Shown: positions 27,003 to 33,238 of the stretch, one piece after another
Layout: each line of letters opens with the position of its first letter
Numbering within the stretch: position 1 is the first letter of the stretch
NCBI GenBank assembly: GCA_025057315.1
Contig: JANWXW010000113.1
Span: 1 to 33,238, forward strand
From: Myxococcota bacterium
GTDB taxonomy: Bacteria; Myxococcota_A; Polyangia; Palsa-1104; JAEUJZ01
Direction of reading: 5' to 3'
DNA length: 33,238 bases
Notes under the pieces: model-generated
The model's input: the letters and a program-made list of their open reading frames with translations, nothing else
What the model was told of the DNA's origin: nothing
The model's database searches: none
Position numbers and translations under genes: made by a program

Positions 27003-29984
27003 TTAGCCGAGGTTTTTGAGGAATCCCAGCCGGTGCGCCAGCAGGACATCACCGTCGACGCGCAGGCGACCACGCTGGAACAGGTCACGCGCAACCTGGG
27101 GGTCCCGCACAAGCTGCGCCAGGTCCGCATCGGCCAGGGTGAAGACCGCTGCAGCCTGCGGGTCTCGCCCGGGTCGGACGCCGACCGAACCAGGCCGCAG
27201 GTCCACGAGGTAGCTGGCCTCTGGGCTCTGGATGTGGAACTGCAACAACGCCCCGACCTCGGCGGCAAGCTGCGGGTTGCTGGCCAGCCGCTCGGAGAGC
27301 GCGCGAAAGATCGCCGGGGCGCACCCCTGGGCTGGCTGTCCCGCGGGCGGCGCCTGGACCGAGCCCTGCGCCGCTCCGCTTCCCTGCTCCGCCTGCAGCG
27401 CCCGGGCTGCGGCCTCGCGATCGATGTGCTTGAGGAAGTCCAGCTTCTGCGCGGCCAGCAGGTTGCCCGTGATCTTGAGCCGGCCGGAAAAGTACAGCTT
27501 CTGCGGGTCGGCCTGCCCGGTGGCCATGGCGATGAAGTCCGCCTCGCTCAGCGTGAGCGTCACATCGGGCGCCTCGGCCGTGCCCGGGGCGCAGCGGCCG
27601 GTTCCGTGCTTCACATCGAGTACCCAGGCGCTGTCTGGCTCGGTCAGCTTCCACTGGAACACGGTCTGGATGCGGGCCGGCAGCTCGGGGTGAGCCTGAA
27701 GGTAGTGGGCGATGGCCCGGAAGATCGCCTCGCTGCGCAGCCCGGATGCCGGGGGTGAGGCTGTCGCAGGCCCTGTGCCGCGCCGAGCCTGGATGACGCG
27801 CAGAGCTGCCTGGGGGTCGATCTTTTTGAGGAACTCCAGCTTCTGCGCAGCCAGCAGGTTGCCGGTGATTTTCAGCTTGCCGCCAAAGTAGAGCTTCTGC
27901 GGGTCGGCCTGTCCGGTGGTCATGGCGATGAAGTCCGCCTCGCTCAGCGTGAGCGTCACGTCCGGGGCGGCGGCCGCGCCCGGCGTGACCGAGCCGCTGC
28001 CGTTTTTCAGATCCAGGGTCCAGGTGCTGTCCGGATCCTTGATTTGCCACTGGAATACCGCCTGCACCTTGCTCACCAGATCGGGGTTGCGCTGCAAGTG
28101 ATCGGCGATGACGGCGAAGACGTCAGCGCTCTGCAGCTCGGTGGGAGCAGACGGGGCCGGCCCTGGGGCCTCCTCCTTGGGCGGCTCGCGGTGCAGCTCC
28201 ACCACGGCATTGCTCAGCACGACCCGGTCGCGCTCTTTGACCTTGCAGCGCAACAGGATGCGCCCTGGCTCCTCCTGCCACATCTCGGTAACGAGCGTCT
28301 CGCCCGGGAATACGCTGTCGGCAAACCGGACCCTGATGCTTCTGAGCAGACGCGGGTCGCCGCCGGCGAAGCTGCGCAGCACGTGCCGGGTGACAAAGCC
28401 AAAGGTGCACAGCCCGTGTAGGATGGGCCGCTCGAAGCCGAAGCCGCGGGCAAAGGCAGGGTCGGCGTGTAGCGGGTTCCAGTCGCCCGAGAGGCGGTAG
28501 AGCAGCGCCTGGTCGGGCCGCGTCTTCTCCTCGACGATGGCATCGGGCGGCCGGGAGGGCAGGGGAACCTCCACCGACGGACCTCGCTCTCCACCCCAGC
28601 CGCCGGCCCCGCGCACAACGGTGGTCACTTCATTGTAGCAGAGCTCGCGGCCGCTCTCGTCGGTGGTGGTGATGGCCGTGACCACCAGGGCGTTTTTGCC
28701 CTTGTCGAAGATGTCCTTGATCTTCATGCGGTGCACGAGCTTTGCCTGCGTCGGCAGCGGTCGCCGGATCTCGGTGTACTGTTCACCGTGGAGCACGCGG
28801 TCTAGCCCATAGTGCAGGCCGGGCGCCTGCTTGCCCTGCTGCGCGGCGCGCACCAGAGCACCCACGGCCTGCGCAGCCATGAAGCTGGGCAGGGGATAGA
28901 AGCCGCTGGCGTTTAGCTCATACACCAGACGCAGGTCCTTCTCGTCGAGCGGATCGGCACCGGCACCGACCCCAAGAGCGTACAGCGCCAGGTCGCGTTC
29001 GGTGTAGCTGGACTCCAGCGGGGGGAACTCGTAGCCGAGCGCCTCGTCGACGTCAATGAACTCGTTGCCCACCTTGCCGCGGGCAGAGGCGAGGTTGTCG
29101 AGCACCGGCTGCATCGAGGCCGTGATGTCCGACGGGTGGGTGGTGCGATCAAAGCTGGTGATGACGGCGAAGCGATCGCGCACCCCCTCGGGCGTAATGG
29201 GACGGGACAGCTTGAAGGTGTAGCCTGCCGTGCGCTCCCAGCGCAGCTTGCTGAAGAAGCCACCGCCGACTTCGAACAGACCGCCCGTTTCGGTGCACGA
29301 CTCGTGGCACAGCCAGACCACCAGGGGCGAGACATACTCTGGCTTCAGGGCCTCGACGAGGTCTTTGGGTAGGACCGTTTCGGTCAGGCGCGAACCGGCA
29401 ATGGGCGCGATGGTATTGACCAGGATGCCACGCTTGCGGCCCTCTATGGCCAGGGTATTGGCCAGGCCGACGAGGCCCATCTTGGCGGCGCTGTAGTTGG
29501 CCTGGCCGAAGTTACCATACAGGCCCGCTGCCGAGGTGGTAAAGAGGATGCGACCATAGCCTGCCTCGCGCATCGGGTTCCAGGCAGCGGCCGTGACGCG
29601 GTAGGAGCCGAGCAGGTGCACGCGGTAGATGAGATCCCAGTCCTGCTCGGTCATCTTCTGGAAAGAGGTGTCGCGCAGGATGCCGGCATTGTTGATGACG
29701 ATGTCGATGCGGCCAAAGTGGTCCAGCGCGCACTGGACAATCTTGGCCCCATCCTCGACGGAGTCATAGTTGGGCACGGCCTCACCACCCAAGGCCTTGA
29801 TCTCGGCGACGACGCGGTCGGCGGCTGCAGTGGACTGGCCCTCGCCATGGCGAGAGCCACCCAAGTCGTTGACCACCACGCGGGCGCCGCGGGCACCCAG
29901 CAGCAGCGCGTGGGCGCGGCCTAGGCCGCCGCCCGCCCCGGTGACGATGGCGACGCGTCCGTCGAAACGAAGTTCGTTGGCCAT
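27003..29984 (-). CDS. peroxisomal-type multifunctional enzyme 2 (MFE-2/HSD17B4-like): SDR (3R)-hydroxyacyl-CoA dehydrogenase + hydratase-2 (MaoC hot-dog) + three tandem SCP2 sterol-carrier domains
   Basis: Start at ATG 29984 (AAGGAAGGA Shine-Dalgarno). N-terminus MANELRFDGRVAIVTGAGGGLGRAHALLLGARGARVVVNDLGG matches human MFE-2 ([29 protein letters not shown]…VVVNDLGG). Hydratase-2 motif YRLSGDWNPLHADPAFA. SCP2 domains 1 and 2 are near-identical (…PDVTLTLSEADFIAM(T/A)TGQADPQKLYF(G/S)G(K/R)LKITGNLLAAQKL(E/D)FLK…); a third, diverged SCP2 lies at the C-terminus. The ORF track's 30140 start adds 52 unsupported residues. Confidence 0.9.
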   Translation of the reverse strand: MANELRFDGRVAIVTGAGGGLGRAHALLLGARGARVVVNDLGGSRHGEGQSTAAADRVVAEIKALGGEAVPNYDSVEDGAKIVQCALDHFGRIDIVINNAGILRDTSFQKMTEQDWDLIYRVHLLGSYRVTAAAWNPMREAGYGRILFTTSAAGLYGNFGQANYSAAKMGLVGLANTLAIEGRKRGILVNTIAPIAGSRLTETVLPKDLVEALKPEYVSPLVVWLCHESCTETGGLFEVGGGFFSKLRWERTAGYTFKLSRPITPEGVRDRFAVITSFDRTTHPSDITASMQPVLDNLASARGKVGNEFIDVDEALGYEFPPLESSYTERDLALYALGVGAGADPLDEKDLRLVYELNASGFYPLPSFMAAQAVGALVRAAQQGKQAPGLHYGLDRVLHGEQYTEIRRPLPTQAKLVHRMKIKDIFDKGKNALVVTAITTTDESGRELCYNEVTTVVRGAGGWGGERGPSVEVPLPSRPPDAIVEEKTRPDQALLYRLSGDWNPLHADPAFARGFGFERPILHGLCTFGFVTRHVLRSFAGGDPRLLRSIRVRFADSVFPGETLVTEMWQEEPGRILLRCKVKERDRVVLSNAVVELHREPPKEEAPGPAPSAPTELQSADVFAVIADHLQRNPDLVSKVQAVFQWQIKDPDSTWTLDLKNGSGSVTPGAAAAPDVTLTLSEADFIAMTTGQADPQKLYFGGKLKITGNLLAAQKLEFLKKIDPQAALRVIQARRGTGPATASPPASGLRSEAIFRAIAHYLQAHPELPARIQTVFQWKLTEPDSAWVLDVKHGTGRCAPGTAEAPDVTLTLSEADFIAMATGQADPQKLYFSGRLKITGNLLAAQKLDFLKHIDREAAARALQAEQGSGAAQGSVQAPPAGQPAQGCAPAIFRALSERLASNPQLAAEVGALLQFHIQSPEASYLVDLRPGSVGVRPGRDPQAAAVFTLADADLAQLVRDPQVARDLFQRGRLRVDGDVLLAHRLGFLKNLG
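27380..28120. repeat. intragenic ~400-bp tandem duplication (two SCP2-domain-encoding segments, ~90% nt identity) within the MFE-2 gene
   Basis: e.g. 27420-27570 vs 27820-27970 share long identical runs (gaagtccgcctcgctcagcgtgagcgtcac…). Produces near-identical shadow ORFs on the + strand. Confidence 0.8.
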
Positions 29985-30155
29985 GGAAATCCTTCCTTGT
30001 TCCTTGAGGAGTCTGGCTGGATGAGGCCGTGCGGCGCACCAGCCCGCACGAGGGGCCGAGTATGAGGGCAGGCCCCATGGGCCGTCAAGGGCAGGGGATG
30101 CGATTCGGTGGGCGGCTGCTACTATTAGAAGGTCCGCCACTTCGCTGGAGGATCC

Positions 30156-30737
30156 ATGACGCTCCGAGTTCGCTTCGTCCTAGCTTGCACCCTGCTGGCG
30201 CAGGTGCTGCTCAAAAGCCCGTCGCTGGAGGCATCGGTGCTCCTGCCACTGAGCACGGCCCAGTTGGTCGCCCGAGCCGAGCGGATTGTGGTGGGCACGG
30301 TGGTGGGCCAGGAGAGTCACTGGGTGGATGGCGGGTCGGCCATTGTCACAGATGTGCGCATCCGCGTCACCCGCGCAGTCCTGGGGGCGCAAGAAGGGGA
30401 GATCATCACCGTGCGGCGTCTGGGTGGCACAGTGGGTGAGATCGGCATGCGCGTCTTTGGCGAGGCCAGCTTCCGGGACGGCGAGGAGGTGCTGCTGTTT
30501 GCCGAGCGCCGCGGCGGCGCCTACTACAGCGTGGGCATGACGCAGGGGACGCTGCACATCACGCAGCAGGGGGGACGGCGCATGGCCCAGATGGCCTTGG
30601 GCGGCGCCGAGATCGTGGGGCGGAGTGGGGTGGCGCCGGTTGTCCGTCCGCTGGAGGAGGTCCTCGATGAGGTGCGCCGTGCCCTGGCAGCGCGCCGTCC
30701 GGAGCCGGCGCAGGGCCGGTCGGAGCAGACGCGATGA
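30156..30737 (+). CDS. secreted hypothetical protein co-transcribed with the metalloprotease (possible partner/propeptide-like factor)
   Basis: GGAGG before ATG 30156. Signal peptide MTLRVRFVLACTLLAQVLLKSPSLEA. Stop overlaps the next start (ATGA at 30734). Confidence 0.6.
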   Translation: MTLRVRFVLACTLLAQVLLKSPSLEASVLLPLSTAQLVARAERIVVGTVVGQESHWVDGGSAIVTDVRIRVTRAVLGAQEGEIITVRRLGGTVGEIGMRVFGEASFRDGEEVLLFAERRGGAYYSVGMTQGTLHITQQGGRRMAQMALGGAEIVGRSGVAPVVRPLEEVLDEVRRALAARRPEPAQGRSEQTR

Positions 30738-31708
30738 GGCCGCTGCAGAGCTTCTCTGGGCTGCTGGCCCTGGTGGGCCTGATTGCGCATGGGGGAGCGG
30801 CACAGGCCTGGGTGCGCTCGCGGACCAACGGCTGCCACCCGGTCTACTGGTCGCAGAGCTGCATCTACCTCCAGCCCGACGGCGAGCTGACCAAGGACCT
30901 GCCCGCCGACCAGGTGCAGCGCATCATCCAGAGATCCATAGCCCAGTGGCAGGACCGCATCGGCGGCAGCTTTCTCCGCCTCATCTACGTCCCGCCGGAC
31001 GGGCCGCGTGAGGCGCGATTTGACCGCCAGCCGACCATCAAGTTCCGCACCGGACGCTGGTGCCGCCCTGGCGACTGCCAAGGCGACCGAGAAAGCTGCT
31101 ATGACGCCAGCGCCGCAGCGATCACGACCGTGTTCTTCGTCAACAAGCCCGACAATGAGCAGGAGGATGGCCTCATCCTCGATGCGGACATCGAGCTGAA
31201 CAGCGTCCACAACCAGTTCTATGATGCCGACCAGCTTCCTCCCCGGGGGGACGGGCGCACCCTGACCGATCTAGAAAACACGCTGGTGCATGAGCTGGGG
31301 CATCTGATGGGCTTGGAGCACACCTGCCGGTCGGCGGGAGACGGCATGCCGGACTGCACGGTCGACCACCTAGGCCAGCGACCGCCGTTGTGCAGCACGG
31401 TGCTAGCCGGCATGGATCGGGACCCGCGCCTGCGCGAGATTGCCGAGACCACGATGTTTGCCACGGCCCAGCCGCGTGAGACCAAGAAGCGCACCCCCGA
31501 GGCCGACGACGTCGCGGCCATTGTGGCCATCTACCCGGCAGCGCGCGATCCGCGCTCCTGCGAACGGCCCCGTCCAAGAGATCAATGTGGCGGCGGTGGC
31601 TGCGCGCTGGCACCGCATGGGCGCACGGCGGCCGCGGCTCCCCTGCTGCTGCTCGGGGCGATCCTGCTGTGCATGCGCCAGCGGCGCTGGAGCGGCCGCA
31701 CATGCTAG
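30734..31708 (+). CDS. secreted metzincin-type zinc metalloprotease (matrixin-like HExxHxxGxxH) with MYXO-CTERM-like tail
   Basis: Signal peptide MRPLQSFSGLLALVGLIAHGGAAQA. Zinc motif HELGHLMGLEHT. C-terminus …CGGGGCALAPHG…APLLLLGAILLCMRQRRW (Cys-Gly motif, hydrophobic helix, basic cluster). Confidence 0.8.
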   Translation: MRPLQSFSGLLALVGLIAHGGAAQAWVRSRTNGCHPVYWSQSCIYLQPDGELTKDLPADQVQRIIQRSIAQWQDRIGGSFLRLIYVPPDGPREARFDRQPTIKFRTGRWCRPGDCQGDRESCYDASAAAITTVFFVNKPDNEQEDGLILDADIELNSVHNQFYDADQLPPRGDGRTLTDLENTLVHELGHLMGLEHTCRSAGDGMPDCTVDHLGQRPPLCSTVLAGMDRDPRLREIAETTMFATAQPRETKKRTPEADDVAAIVAIYPAARDPRSCERPRPRDQCGGGGCALAPHGRTAAAAPLLLLGAILLCMRQRRWSGRTC

Positions 31709-31728
31709 AAGCAGCTCAGGAGAAGTCC

Positions 31729-32934
31729 ATGCCCTTCCTGTCCCGTAGGGCCCAACTCGCCCCGGCGAGCCCCATCCGCAAGCTTGAGCCTCTGGCACGC
31801 CAGGCAGCGGAGCGAGGATTGCATATTTATCACCTCAATATTGGCCAGCCCGATGTGCCCACACCAGCGGCCTTCCTGCGCGCGGCGACGCTGCCAGAGG
31901 GACAGGTGCTAGCCTACAGTCCCTCGGTGGGGCTGTATGGCTTTCGGCGCGCTCTGGCTGCGCATTACAGTGGTTCCCTGGGCCTGCCGGTGACCGAGGA
32001 GGATGTGCTGGTGACCACCGGAGGCTCCGAGGCGCTGCTGTTTGCCATCCTGTCCATCTGTGACCCCGGAGATGAGATCATCACGCCGGAGCCCTTTTAT
32101 CCAAACTACCGCATGTTCGCCGTGATGGCTGGGGCCGAAGTGCGGCCGCTGCGCACCCGCATCGAGGAGGGCTTTCGGCTGCCGCCGCCGGCCGTGTTTG
32201 CGGAGGCGGTGACGCCACGGACCCGGGCGGTGCTGCTGTGCAACCCCAGCAACCCCACCGGCGCGGTGTATGACCCCGAGGCGCTGCGCGCGGTGGTCGA
32301 TCTGTGCCGCCAGCGGGGCCTATACCTCATCGCGGATGAGGTCTACCGCGAGTTCATTTATGGGGGCCTGCGTCCGCAGAGCATTCTGGCCATTCCCGGC
32401 GCTACAGACGTTGCCATCGTGGTCGATTCGCTGTCAAAGCGCTTTTCCGCTTGCGGCGCGCGGGTAGGTTGCCTGGTGAGCCGGCTGCGGCCAGTCCTGG
32501 AGGCGGCCACCCGATTCGCCATGAGCCGCCTGTCTCCCCCCACGCTGGGCCAGCTGGGCGGCATGGCCGTGCTCCAGGAGGCAGAAGCCTTCATCGAGCC
32601 GATGATTGCCGACTTCGAGCGGCGGCGGAATGTCCTCCTGGAGGAGCTGCGGCGGCTGCCCGGAGTGCTTTGCCCGGAGCCTCAAGGCGCCTTCTACCTG
32701 ATGGCCCGGCTGCCGGTGGACTCCAGCGAGCGCTTCTGCCAGTGGCTGCTGACGGACTTCTCTCTGGATGGCGAGACGGTCATGCTTGCGCCGGGCCCGG
32801 GCTTCTACGCCACGGCAGGAGCCGGACACGACGAGGTGCGCATCGCGTACGTGCTGGCCGAGGCCCCGCTACGGCGCGCGATGCATTTGCTGGGCCATGC
32901 CCTGGGCACCTACCCCGGCGGGACACGGGGTTAG
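31729..32934 (+). CDS. pyridoxal-phosphate-dependent aminotransferase (class I/II, aspartate aminotransferase fold)
   Basis: Start ATG 31729 after AGGAGA. PLP-lysine context VVDSLSKRFSACGARVG. Typical fold regions (LLCNPSNPTGAVY). The longer ORF from 31585 overlaps the protease gene. Confidence 0.85.
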   Translation: MPFLSRRAQLAPASPIRKLEPLARQAAERGLHIYHLNIGQPDVPTPAAFLRAATLPEGQVLAYSPSVGLYGFRRALAAHYSGSLGLPVTEEDVLVTTGGSEALLFAILSICDPGDEIITPEPFYPNYRMFAVMAGAEVRPLRTRIEEGFRLPPPAVFAEAVTPRTRAVLLCNPSNPTGAVYDPEALRAVVDLCRQRGLYLIADEVYREFIYGGLRPQSILAIPGATDVAIVVDSLSKRFSACGARVGCLVSRLRPVLEAATRFAMSRLSPPTLGQLGGMAVLQEAEAFIEPMIADFERRRNVLLEELRRLPGVLCPEPQGAFYLMARLPVDSSERFCQWLLTDFSLDGETVMLAPGPGFYATAGAGHDEVRIAYVLAEAPLRRAMHLLGHALGTYPGGTRG

Positions 32935-33099
32935 ACAGACCTTGTAGGGACAGGTGTCCTCGGCAAGGGGGTCGGCTCTTCCCGCCTCCGCAGGGAGGCG
33001 AGCATGCCGCAGCCCACATTAGCCTACATTCGGAAATGAGGGGGGAGCGGCCCGATGGGGGAGCTGGGGGTGCCCTGGGGGGGTGTGGGGCGTAGGGAC

Positions 33100-33238
33100 T
33101 AGATGAGGACGGGGACCTGGACGGCGGGGAAGGGCTTGCCGGGGTAGAAGTCGCTGATGCGGCGCACATCGCCGCGGCTGACGGCATACAGGATGGCCGC
33201 CATGGCGGTCTCGCCCCGCTCCATCATGGTCACGCGGC
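33100..33238 (-). CDS. C-terminal fragment of a protein continuing beyond the window end (function unknown)
   Basis: Minus-strand frame open from the window edge to TAG at 33100-33102 (…RVTMMERGETAMAAILYAVSRGDVRRISDFYPGKPFPAVQVPVLI*). GC3-rich. Confidence 0.35.

Noticed and set aside
27085-28050. 321-aa minus-strand and several + strand ORFs (27232-27693, 27916-28101) inside the MFE-2 gene
   Set aside because: Alternative-frame artefacts; their near-identical paired sequences simply mirror the intragenic SCP2 duplication.

Overview
High-GC (~70%) bacterial chromosomal window with Myxococcota hallmarks: MYXO-CTERM-like sorting tails, a PilA-like pilin, Shine-Dalgarno sites and ATGA start/stop overlaps. 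Housekeeping genes are lon, parA-parB, ogt, a quinone oxidoreductase, an SSF symporter, an aminotransferase, and a PlsC-family acyltransferase/epimerase/TPR operon. Two unusual, eukaryote-like loci stand out. The first is a full-length homolog of the eukaryotic major vault protein (MVP, 947 aa). It appears co-transcribed with a secreted OmpA-domain protein. It sits divergently from an operon encoding a small ORF, an FN3/MYXO-CTERM surface protein, an outer-membrane beta-barrel and a Na+/solute symporter. The second is a peroxisome-type beta-oxidation pair: an SCPx-type thiolase next to an MFE-2/HSD17B4-like multifunctional enzyme that carries three tandem SCP2 domains. Two of these domains come from a recent intragenic DNA duplication. 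Other observations: a type IV pilin with an exact in-frame 15-bp duplication in its leader (two G|FT prepilin-peptidase sites) behind a sigma54-like promoter and tandem palindromic upstream sites; a 65-bp tandem duplication of the thiolase 3' end; several perfect palindromes in divergent promoter regions; proline-rich 33-bp tandem repeats inside two genes; MopE-type Cys/Asp-rich repeats in a lipoprotein; and a metzincin protease with a MYXO-CTERM tail. No rRNA, tRNA, CRISPR or transposase genes were recognised.
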